Below, one piece after another: positions 17,084 through 25,523 of a DNA stretch of 53,439 bases. Every line of letters begins with the position of its first letter. The stretch's first letter is position 1. This DNA is from Tabrizicola sp. (GTDB lineage Bacteria; Pseudomonadota; Alphaproteobacteria; Rhodobacterales; Rhodobacteraceae). The stretch spans positions 1-53,439 of the forward strand of contig JAGPEG010000001.1 in the NCBI GenBank assembly GCA_018057165.1. The letters run 5' to 3'. The position numbers and the translations under genes are program-made. The notes under the pieces were generated by a model. It was given only the letters and a program-made list of their open reading frames with translations, had not been told where the DNA came from and ran no database searches.

Positions 17084-19057
17084 TCAGGTTGAGACCAGCG
17101 CCAGCGCCCGGATCGGCGAGCCGGTGCCGTCCTTGATCTTCAGCGGCGTCGCGATCAGCACCGCGCCTTTCGGCGGCAACTGGTCAAGGTTGCACAGGCT
17201 GGCAAGACCAAAGCAGTTGTCCCGGTGCAGGAAGTTATGCGCCGGAAACGGCGGGCTGAACTTGCCCGCCATGCCTGCGTCGGTCCCGATGCATTGTGTG
17301 CCCCAGCCGACGATTCCCTTGCCGAGAAGGTAGTCGATGCAATCGGTCGACGGCCCCGGCGAATGCGAACCGTCCTCGTAAGGGTCCGGGTCCTCGTTCA
17401 GGAACAGCGCCTCGTCGTGGGACCGCTTGTCCCAGTCGGTCCGCATCACCACCCATTCGCCCGGCCCGATCTCGCCATGCTTCGCCTCCCACGCCTTCAC
17501 ATGGGCGGCGGTCAGCAGGAAATCAGGGTCCGACGCGGCTTCCGCCGAGCAGTCGATGACGTTTGCCGGGGCGATCAGGCGCTGGACGGACAGGGTGTCG
17601 GTGAAGCCGTCGGGGTGGTCCTTGCCCGACAGCCAATGGTGCGGCGCGTCGAAATGGGTGCCGGAGTGTTCGCCGAGTTCAAGCCAGTTCCAGGCCCAGA
17701 ACGGGCCATCCTTGTCATACTCGCTGATGCGGTGGATGGCGACCTTGGGCGTGTTCCGCGCCAGGTCCTCGGGCAGATGCAGGATCGGGGTTTCCGGCCC
17801 AAGTTCGGCGGTCAGGTCCACCACCTTGACGCCCCCCCCGGCAAGGCCAGAGGCCAGCGCCGCCAGCACCTTGCCCGCGCCCGTCGTCGCCGCGCCCTGC
17901 CCCGCGAACCGGCGGCGGCGGCGGGTCATCACCTCTCCCACCATGTCGAAGACGGCATCCACCGCGCGTTCCTCGGTCACGAAACCGGGTGACATCCGCA
18001 GGATCGGGCCGCGGAAATCGACCGAATAGCCCTCGACGCCCAGCGCGCCCACACAGGCTGCGGCCTCGGCCTTGTCGGGCATCCGGATCATCACCGCCCC
18101 GCCCCGCTTGTCCGCGTCCCTCGGCGAGTGGAGGGGCAGGTCCAGCCGGTCGGCGCGGGCGATGATCCGGTCGACGAGGCGGCGGTTGTGGGCGGCGACG
18201 TCACGCAGGTCCTGTTTCGAGAACCACTCCATCGCCGGAAGCGAGGCGATGGCCGCGACCGAGCCCGGCGTGCCGCTGTCGAAGCGGCGGATGTCGGGGG
18301 CGTAGTCGAACTTGTCGAGGTCCCAGGAGAAGGGGTTGTTCTGGGAGAACCACCCGCGCGCTTCCGGGGTGAGGCCGGGGATCAGGTCCTTGTCGGCATA
18401 AAGCACGCCCGCGCCGGGGGTTCCGCAGAGCCATTTGAGGCTGGTGGAGACGACGAAATCGACCTTCGGGTTCATCGCGTCGAAGGGCATCAGGCCCGCG
18501 CCTTGGGTGATGTCGGCGACCATCAGGCTGCCCATAGCCCGGCCATGGGCGACCAGCGCCGGGTAATCCATCTTCGACGAGCCGATGGATGTGACCCAGG
18601 TCAGGAGGGCCAACCCGACGTCGGGGCCCCAGTGGGCAAGGAAATCCTCGGTCTCGACCCGGGCGCGGCCTTCGGACAGGGGGACGGTGGTCAGGGTGAA
18701 GCCCATCTTCGGGGCAAGGCCCGCGAGAAGGAAGTGGACGGAGGGAAAGCAGTCGGCCGAGGCCAGCACCCGCTTGCCCCGCAACGACCCTTCGGGGAGC
18801 GCGCGGAGGAGCTTCTGCATGCCTTCGGTCACGTTGTCGACGGTGGTCAGGCTGCCCTTCGGGACGTTGATCAGGCGGCGCCAGCGGTCGATGAAATCCT
18901 GCCGCTTGCGCAGGACGTAGCCCCATTGTTTGTCGTTCGGGGCGGCCCAGATGTCGGCGAACTCGGCCATGGCGCGGGAAAGATCGTCTTCTTTCCCCGG
19001 ATAGATGCCGATGGAATGATAGAGGAAGTAGCCCCCCTCGGTCGTGTTGCGGGTCAT
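17084..19057 (-). CDS. Fusion of a kynureninase-like fold-type-I PLP enzyme (class V) and a metal-dependent cyclase-family amidohydrolase (isatin hydrolase / KynB-like)
   Basis: N part: DITQGAG, SLKWLCGTPG, GWFSQNNPF, RRFDSGTP. C part: EHSGTHFDAPHH, GTDAG, PLKIKDGTGSPIRA. One open frame; GGAGGG RBS before ATG 19057. Confidence 0.85.
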   Translation of the reverse strand: MTRNTTEGGYFLYHSIGIYPGKEDDLSRAMAEFADIWAAPNDKQWGYVLRKRQDFIDRWRRLINVPKGSLTTVDNVTEGMQKLLRALPEGSLRGKRVLASADCFPSVHFLLAGLAPKMGFTLTTVPLSEGRARVETEDFLAHWGPDVGLALLTWVTSIGSSKMDYPALVAHGRAMGSLMVADITQGAGLMPFDAMNPKVDFVVSTSLKWLCGTPGAGVLYADKDLIPGLTPEARGWFSQNNPFSWDLDKFDYAPDIRRFDSGTPGSVAAIASLPAMEWFSKQDLRDVAAHNRRLVDRIIARADRLDLPLHSPRDADKRGGAVMIRMPDKAEAAACVGALGVEGYSVDFRGPILRMSPGFVTEERAVDAVFDMVGEVMTRRRRRFAGQGAATTGAGKVLAALASGLAGGGVKVVDLTAELGPETPILHLPEDLARNTPKVAIHRISEYDKDGPFWAWNWLELGEHSGTHFDAPHHWLSGKDHPDGFTDTLSVQRLIAPANVIDCSAEAASDPDFLLTAAHVKAWEAKHGEIGPGEWVVMRTDWDKRSHDEALFLNEDPDPYEDGSHSPGPSTDCIDYLLGKGIVGWGTQCIGTDAGMAGKFSPPFPAHNFLHRDNCFGLASLCNLDQLPPKGAVLIATPLKIKDGTGSPIRALALVST

Positions 19058-19126
19058 CTGCTGCGGCCCTCCCCGGCCTTGGGGAGGAGAGTGCCAGCGG
19101 GGCATCGGGGCTGCAAGCGGGGAAAG

Positions 19127-19173
19127 TGTCCACGGTGGACAGATTTGGATTTTCGTTCAAAATCCTATGGTTG
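19127..19173. repeat. Palindrome TGTCCAC-G-GTGGACA plus IHF-like site (copy 1)
   Basis: Same palindrome and same spacing to the downstream site as 43770-43816. Confidence 0.6.
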
Positions 19174-19323
19174 CATTTTTTCGTTCAGATTTTCTTAAGA
19201 ATTTCACCGCGCCCTCCGGCGGGTTTTGCGGTGGCCAATACCCTGTCTGCAAAGCGCCCGGCCTGCCCTTCGGATGCAGCTGGAACGCGGTTGGCGCCCC
19301 TGCTGCCGCCTTGGTCGGTCTTC

Positions 19324-20430
19324 CTACAGCCCGCAGCTTGCGGCCATTTCGGCCAGACGGCGATCTTCCAGGGCCTCAAACTCGGGCGGGGGTTGCTGGG
19401 CGATCAGGAAATCGAGGAAGGGGTCGATCACCTGGGTCCGCCGCGCCGCGAGCGTTTCCATGATCGCCTGGCCGCAGAAGGGCACATAGGCCTCGGAATA
19501 GCCGCCTTCGTGGACCATCACCAGTTTGCCACCGCACAAGGCGTCGGCGGCCTGCATCAGGCGCCGGGTCATCTCGCGGTAGGTGTCGGACTGGGCGAGC
19601 ATCCGGGCCAAGGGGTCCAGCGCGTTGGCGTCGAGGCCCGAGGCGACCACGATCAGCTCGGGCTGGAAGCGGTGCAGGGCGGGCAGGACAATGCGGTCCA
19701 TCGCCGTGAGATAGCTGTGGTGCCCGCCACCGGGCAGAAGCGGCACGTTGATATTCGCCCCCTGCCCCACGCCTGCGCCGCGTTCGGCGGTGGTGCCCGA
19801 GTTGGTGGGGTAGCAGGCGTTCTGGTGCAGCGAGATCGTCAGGACATCCGCGCGGTCCCAGTAGATTGCCTGCGTGCCGTTGCCGTGGTGGACGTCCCAG
19901 TCGATGACGGCAACCTTGCCAAGGCCGTGGCGGGCCTTCATCTCTTCGAGGGCGACGGGGATGTTGGCCAAGAGGCAGAAGCCCATCGGATAGTCGGGCA
20001 GGCAGTGGTGGCCGGGCGGGCGCGAGAGGGAATAGGCGTTCTGCCATTGGCCGGTCAGGACGCGGTCCATGGCGTTGATCGCAAGGCCTGCGGAGAGGGC
20101 GGCGATTTCATAGGAGCCTTGACCGAAAGGGGTTTCCTCACCGAGGCAGCCGCCGTCTGCATCGGAGAGACGTTTGAATTCCGTGAGATAGCTGGCGGGA
20201 TGGATGCGTCTCAGGGCCTCGTCGCTCGCCTCGGGCGCGGTTTCCACGGCGAGATGGCGCGACAGCCCGGAGACATCGAGCAGGTTCTTGAAGCGGCGTT
20301 TGGTTTCCGGGCTTTCGGCATGGCCTCCGGCGGCAGGGGGTTGAATCCAGCCGCCGGGCTTCAGGAACAGCGCGGCCTCGCCGGTCGTGTGCCAGAGGGT
20401 GCGTTCGTCGAACATGAAGCCGGTGGTCAT
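19324..20430 (-). CDS. Zn-dependent class II histone-deacetylase-family amidohydrolase (PA3774/HDAH-like)
   Basis: GHAESPETKRR, SRPPGHH, GFC, DWDVHHGNGTQ, GLDA and HEGGYS motifs. Confidence 0.92.
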   Translation of the reverse strand: MTTGFMFDERTLWHTTGEAALFLKPGGWIQPPAAGGHAESPETKRRFKNLLDVSGLSRHLAVETAPEASDEALRRIHPASYLTEFKRLSDADGGCLGEETPFGQGSYEIAALSAGLAINAMDRVLTGQWQNAYSLSRPPGHHCLPDYPMGFCLLANIPVALEEMKARHGLGKVAVIDWDVHHGNGTQAIYWDRADVLTISLHQNACYPTNSGTTAERGAGVGQGANINVPLLPGGGHHSYLTAMDRIVLPALHRFQPELIVVASGLDANALDPLARMLAQSDTYREMTRRLMQAADALCGGKLVMVHEGGYSEAYVPFCGQAIMETLAARRTQVIDPFLDFLIAQQPPPEFEALEDRRLAEMAASCGL

Positions 20431-21776
20431 GACAGCGCCGCCAGACCCGCGTCCAGCGCGGAGAGGATGGTGGTGGCGTCGGCCTCGGTGATCACCAGGG
20501 GCGGCGAAAGGATGATGTTCGGGCCGGAGACGCGGACCATCGCGCCGGACTGGTAAGCCACGGCCTGCACCTGGCCGGGCTGCGTCTTGGGCGGAGCGGA
20601 TTTGTCCGGTCCGGCAAGTTCAAGGGCGAGCATCAGCCCGTGGCCGCCCCGCACATCGCCGATGACCGGGTATTTCGCCTTGAGCGCGGTGATCCCGTCC
20701 CACAACTGCTGGCCCCGTGCAGCGGCGTTGACGGGGACGTTCAGGCGCTTCGTCTCGGCCAGGCAGGCGATGGCAGCGGCGGCCCCGACCGGGTGGCCGG
20801 AATAGGTGTAGCCGTGGCCGATGGCAGCCTTGCCGGTTTCATCCTTTTCAAACACCTCGGCCACGGTTTCGGCGATCATCACCGCGCCGAAGGGGAAATA
20901 GCCGTTGGTAATCGCCTTGGCGGTGCAGGCGAAGTCGGGCTTCACCCCCCAGAGACGGCTACCGGTCCAGGCGCCGGTGCGGCCGAAGGCGGTGATCACC
21001 TCGTCGGCGATGAAGAGGATACCGTGTTTCCGGCAGATCGCGGCGACCCCCGGCATGAAGCTTGGGTGTGGCGGGATCACGCCGCCCGCGCCGAGGATCG
21101 GCTCCATGATGAAGGCGGCGATGGTGGCAGCACCCTGGAAAGCGATCTCGCCTTCGAGGGCTTGCAGGCACAGCTGGGCAAGTTTGGCCGGGTCGCTTTC
21201 GTTGAAGGGGTTGCGGTAGGTGTAGGGGGCGGGGATGTGGAAGCAGCCGGGCAGCAGCGGTTCGTAAGCGGTGCGGAAGTTCGCATTGCCGTTGACCGAG
21301 GCCCCGCCCATGTGGGTGCCGTGGTAGCCCTTCTTCAGCGACAGGAATTTGGTGCGTCCCGCCTCGCCGCGGATCTTGTGATACTGGCGGGAGAGGCGGA
21401 GCGCGGTTTCGACAGAGTCACCCCCGCCAGAGGTGAAGAAGGCGCGGGTCAACCCGTCGGGCTCGAAGAAGGCGCGCAATTCTTCGGCCAGTTCGATGAC
21501 CTTGTCGTTCGAGGTGCCGCGGAAGATGGAATAGTAGGGCAGCGCGTCAAGCTGTTGGGCGATGGCGTCCTTCACCGGCTGGCAGGAATAGCCGAGGTTG
21601 ACGTTCCAGAGCCCCCCCACCGCGTCCACCACTTCATGCCCGTCGATGTCGCGGATGCGGGTGCCGTGGGCGGCGGTGATGATCGCGGGCGGGGTCTTCT
21701 GGCTGTCGGCGGGGGCCGTCATCGGGTGCCACAGGCTGCGGGCGTTATGGGCTTTCAGGAAATTGGCGTCCTTCAT
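20427..21776 (-). CDS. Class III (omega) aminotransferase
   Basis: DAVGGLWNVNLGY, EPILGAGG, ADEVITAFGRTG, AKAITNGYFP and HGYTYSGHP motifs. Confidence 0.93.
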   Translation of the reverse strand: MKDANFLKAHNARSLWHPMTAPADSQKTPPAIITAAHGTRIRDIDGHEVVDAVGGLWNVNLGYSCQPVKDAIAQQLDALPYYSIFRGTSNDKVIELAEELRAFFEPDGLTRAFFTSGGGDSVETALRLSRQYHKIRGEAGRTKFLSLKKGYHGTHMGGASVNGNANFRTAYEPLLPGCFHIPAPYTYRNPFNESDPAKLAQLCLQALEGEIAFQGAATIAAFIMEPILGAGGVIPPHPSFMPGVAAICRKHGILFIADEVITAFGRTGAWTGSRLWGVKPDFACTAKAITNGYFPFGAVMIAETVAEVFEKDETGKAAIGHGYTYSGHPVGAAAAIACLAETKRLNVPVNAAARGQQLWDGITALKAKYPVIGDVRGGHGLMLALELAGPDKSAPPKTQPGQVQAVAYQSGAMVRVSGPNIILSPPLVITEADATTILSALDAGLAALS

Positions 21777-22510
21777 CGGGCGGCTCCTTCAACGGGGGGC
21801 TGGCCGCCCCAGATTTGGGTGATCTCGACCCCGGCGCGGGTCAGTTCACGGGTGATGGTGGCGTAAAGGTCGGGGGTCATGCGGGGGGCAGCCGCGGCGA
21901 CGGCAAGCGCGCCGGTGCAGGAGCCGGTGGCATCGAAGAGGGGGACGGCGAGGGAATGCACATCCTTTTCGAAGGTCGAGAGGGTCTCGGCATGGCCCTT
22001 GGCACGGGCCTCGGCGATGCGGGTGCGCAGGGTTTCGGGGTCCGGGGCGGCGGCGATCAGGGGCTCGGGGTCGGGGTGGTGGGCCAGGACCGCCGCGCCC
22101 GAGGCGGTGGCGTGGAAGGGCAGGAAATCGGCATCCTCCATCATCACCCGGACGCCCGTGCGCGCGGAATAGGCGAAGGCGAGGGTTTGCAGCCGCCCCG
22201 CCACCAGATGCGACAGATGCGCGGTTTCGCCGGTGGCCTCGGCCAGGCGGCGCAAGATTGGCATCGCGGCCTCGCGGGTGGGGACGGCGGCTTCGCGCAG
22301 CGCCGAGAGGCGCAGGGTGGCAGGGCCAAGGCGGTATTCACGCGCCGGGCCAGTCTGTTCCAGAAGGCCGCGCGATTCCAGTTCGGTGAGGAGGCGGTGG
22401 CAGGTCGCCTTGTTCAGGCCGGAAGCGCGGGCAAGCTGGCTGAGGCCAAGCTGCGGCTGACCCCGTGTGAAGAGGTCCAGAAGGTCCAGTGCCTTGCCGA
22501 CCGTTCCCAT
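21773..22510 (-). CDS. IclR-family transcriptional regulator
   Basis: MGTVGKALDLL HTH, YRLGP, TGETAHL and LPFHATASG motifs. Confidence 0.92.
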   Translation of the reverse strand: MGTVGKALDLLDLFTRGQPQLGLSQLARASGLNKATCHRLLTELESRGLLEQTGPAREYRLGPATLRLSALREAAVPTREAAMPILRRLAEATGETAHLSHLVAGRLQTLAFAYSARTGVRVMMEDADFLPFHATASGAAVLAHHPDPEPLIAAAPDPETLRTRIAEARAKGHAETLSTFEKDVHSLAVPLFDATGSCTGALAVAAAAPRMTPDLYATITRELTRAGVEITQIWGGQPPVEGAAR

Positions 22511-22546
22511 CTGGCTTCTGGTCCCCCCTGCGCCCCGCCAAAACTG

Positions 22547-22616
22547 TTGACAGGCCGGGGCGGGCGCTGTCAATCTGTTTTTAAACCATCGGTTCATTAT
22601 TTGAACCATCGGGAGG
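22547..22616. promoter_or_regulatory. Overlapping divergent promoters and putative IclR operator
   Basis: TTGACA on both strands (22547-22552 and 22568-22573); near-palindrome TAAACC-atc-GGTTCA followed 20 bp later by TGAACCATCGG. Confidence 0.6.
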
Positions 22617-22620
22617 GGAC

Positions 22621-24099
22621 ATGGATCAGGCATTGATCGACCGGCTGGCGGCAGCCCCGGTCGCGGCGGGGAAGTTGCTGATCGAGGGGAAGTGGGTTGA
22701 TGGCGCGGGCGAGACGCCGGTGCTGTCACCCATCGACGGGAAGGCGTTGACCACCCTGGCTGCGGCGGGGCCGGAGGAGGTGGCGCGCGCCTGCGCCAGT
22801 GCCCGCGCGGCCTTCGAGGACGGGCGCTGGTCGCGGCTGGCCCCTGCGGCGCGGAAGGCGGTCTTGCACCGGCTGGCCGACCTGATCGAGACCCATGCGG
22901 TCGAGCTTGCCGTGCTGGGCGTCCGCGACAACGGGACCGAGATTTCCATGGCCTTGAAGGCGGAACCCGGCAGTGCGGCGGGAACCTTCCGCTACTATGC
23001 CGAGGCGATCGACAAGGTCTATGGCGAGGTGGCGCCGACCGCGCCGAACCTGCTGGGGCTGATCCACCGCGAGCCGGTGGGGGTGGTGGGGGTGATTGTT
23101 CCGTGGAACTTCCCGCTGATGATCGGGGCCTGGAAAGTGGCCCCTGCCCTGGCGATGGGCAATTCGGTGGTGCTGAAACCGGCGGAGACGGCCTCGCTGA
23201 CGCTGCTGCGGTTGGCGGGGCTGGCGCTGGAGGCGGGGGTGCCGCCGGGCGTGTTCAACGTGGTCACGGGTCCGGGGCGGGTGACGGGCGAGGCGCTGGC
23301 GCTGGCGCCCGATGTCGATGTGCTGGTCTTCACCGGATCGGGGGCGACGGGACGGCGGTTGTTGCAATATTCGGCACAGTCGAACCTGAAACGCTGCTAT
23401 CTGGAGCTGGGCGGCAAATCCCCGAATGTGGTCTTCGCCGATGCCCCGGACCTTTCCAGGGCGGCGAAAGCGGCGGCGACGGCGATTTTCCGCAATGCCG
23501 GGCAGGTCTGCGTCGCGGGGTCGCGGCTGCTGGTGGAGGCTTCGGTGCATGATGCCTTCGTTGCCGAACTGGCAACAGCGACGCGGAAGATGGCGGTGGG
23601 CAATCCGCTGAAGCTGGAGACGCAGGTCGGGGCGGTGAACTCGCTGGCGCAGCTGGAGGGCAACCTGGGCTTTGTCGCGGATGCCACGCGCGAGGGCGGC
23701 GAGATCGTTACCGGCGGCAGCCGGGCGCTGGCGGAGACCGGCGGCTGGTACATGGACCCGACCATCGTCACCGGCGTCAGGCCGGAGCATCGGCTGTACC
23801 GGGAAGAGGTCTTCGGCCCGGTGCTGGCGGTCACGCCGTTCCAGGATGAGGCCGAGGCGATGCGGCTGGCCAATGCATCCGATTTCGGGCTGGCGGCGGG
23901 GGTCTGGACGGCGAACCTGTCGCGCGCGCATCGGATGGTGCGGGGCATCCGGTCTGGCGTCGTGCATGTGAACACTTATGGCGGGGCGGATGTGACGGTG
24001 CCCCTGTCCGGCATGAAGCAATCCGGCAATGGCGCGGACAAGTCCCTGCATGCGCTGGAAAAATACACCGACCTCAAGACCGCGTGGATCCAGCTATGA
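22621..24099 (+). CDS. NAD(P)-dependent aldehyde dehydrogenase (PuuC-like)
   Basis: VPWNFP, LELGGKSP, NAGQVCVAGSR and EEVFGPV motifs. Confidence 0.93.
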   Translation: MDQALIDRLAAAPVAAGKLLIEGKWVDGAGETPVLSPIDGKALTTLAAAGPEEVARACASARAAFEDGRWSRLAPAARKAVLHRLADLIETHAVELAVLGVRDNGTEISMALKAEPGSAAGTFRYYAEAIDKVYGEVAPTAPNLLGLIHREPVGVVGVIVPWNFPLMIGAWKVAPALAMGNSVVLKPAETASLTLLRLAGLALEAGVPPGVFNVVTGPGRVTGEALALAPDVDVLVFTGSGATGRRLLQYSAQSNLKRCYLELGGKSPNVVFADAPDLSRAAKAAATAIFRNAGQVCVAGSRLLVEASVHDAFVAELATATRKMAVGNPLKLETQVGAVNSLAQLEGNLGFVADATREGGEIVTGGSRALAETGGWYMDPTIVTGVRPEHRLYREEVFGPVLAVTPFQDEAEAMRLANASDFGLAAGVWTANLSRAHRMVRGIRSGVVHVNTYGGADVTVPLSGMKQSGNGADKSLHALEKYTDLKTAWIQL

Positions 24100-25328
24100 C
24101 CCCTTGCATCCTTGTCGCCGGGACCTGGGACACCAAGGACGCCGAGCTTGGCTACATGCGCGACGTGATCGTGACGCAAGGCGGGCGGGTGCTGACGATG
24201 GATGTCTCGGTGCTGGGCGAGCCGTCGACGCCCACCGACATGTCCAAGCATCAGGTGGCCGAGGCGGCGGGATCCTCCATCGCGGCGGCGATTGCAGCCG
24301 AGGATGAGAACGCCGCCATGCAGGTCATGGCGAGCGGGGCAGCGCTGCTGGCGGCGCAGCTGCATGCCGAGGGCCGTATCCAGGGCGTGATCGTGCTGGG
24401 CGGGACGATGGGGACCGACCTTGCACTGGACCTCTGTTCCGCCCTGCCGCTGGGCGTGCCGAAATATGTGGTCTCGACCGTCAGCTTCAGCCCGATGCTG
24501 CCACCCGAACGCCTGCCTGCGGATATCCAGATGATCCTCTGGGCCGGAGGGCTGTACGGGCTGAACTCGATCTGCAAGGCCTCTCTCAGCCAGGCGGCGG
24601 GGGCAGTCCTCGGGGCCGCAAGGGCGGTAGAGCCCCCATGCCGCGACCGTCCGCTGATCGGGATGACGAGCTTCGGCAGGACCGTTCTGCGCTACATGGT
24701 CAGCCTGAAACCGGCGTTGGAGGCGCGGGGGTTCGAGGTGGCGGTGTTCCATGCGACGGGCATGGGAGGGCGGGCGTTTGAATCCCTGGCCGCCGAGGGG
24801 GCCTTTGCGGCAGTGCTGGACTTTGCGCCGCAGGAAGTGGGGAACCACCTTTTCGGCTCGGCGATCACGGCGGGGGCGGGCCGGATGACTTCGGCGGGGG
24901 CAAAGGGGGTGCCGCAGCTCGTCTCCATCGGCTGCTATGATCTGGTCGATCTGGTGGGCTGGCACCCCCTGCCCGCGCATCTGGAGGGATTGCCCGGCCA
25001 CGCACACAACCGGCTTCTGTCCTCGGTCGTGCTGGACGGCGAGGGACGGCGCAAGGTGGCGCGGGCGATGATGGACAAGCTCGCGGCGGCCAAGGGCGAC
25101 GTGGTGTTCCTGCTGCCGACCCGAGGCGGCAATGAATGGGACCGGGAGGGTGGCCCCCTTTGCGATGCCGAGGGGTTGGCGGCTTTCGTGGCCGAAGTCC
25201 GCGCCGCCTGCCCGCCGAACGTCCGGCTGGTGGAACTGGAAGCCCATATCAACGACCCCGCCTTTGCCGAGGCCGCGCTGGCGGTGGTCGATGGCTGGAT
25301 CGCCGAAGGCCGGTTGCCGCCAGCCTGA
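24096..25328 (+). CDS. Tm-1-like / UPF0261 protein
   Basis: GTWDTKDAEL, GGTMGT, LPLGVPK.VVST, VFHATGMGG and AHINDPAFA motifs; ATGA-coupled to the ALDH. Confidence 0.85.
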   Translation: MTPCILVAGTWDTKDAELGYMRDVIVTQGGRVLTMDVSVLGEPSTPTDMSKHQVAEAAGSSIAAAIAAEDENAAMQVMASGAALLAAQLHAEGRIQGVIVLGGTMGTDLALDLCSALPLGVPKYVVSTVSFSPMLPPERLPADIQMILWAGGLYGLNSICKASLSQAAGAVLGAARAVEPPCRDRPLIGMTSFGRTVLRYMVSLKPALEARGFEVAVFHATGMGGRAFESLAAEGAFAAVLDFAPQEVGNHLFGSAITAGAGRMTSAGAKGVPQLVSIGCYDLVDLVGWHPLPAHLEGLPGHAHNRLLSSVVLDGEGRRKVARAMMDKLAAAKGDVVFLLPTRGGNEWDREGGPLCDAEGLAAFVAEVRAACPPNVRLVELEAHINDPAFAEAALAVVDGWIAEGRLPPA

Positions 25329-25523
25329 GCGTGGTTTACAAATCGCCTTCACTTGCACCGGCAAGTTGCTGCATTGCCGATGCTTTCGACGCTTCCGCGG
25401 CACATCATCCGAAGGGCCGCGTCCGTCATGGCGGGTCCAAACTGCCGCTTGTATCGAATCGGCAATGAGTTTTACCTTTTGGTAAAAATCGGACAACCAA
25501 CACCAACAGGGATAGGCAGTCAC

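Noticed and set aside
25330-25523. Riboswitch ahead of the BMP operon
   Set aside because: No recognisable purine or other aptamer consensus by eye; an Rfam/Infernal scan would be needed.
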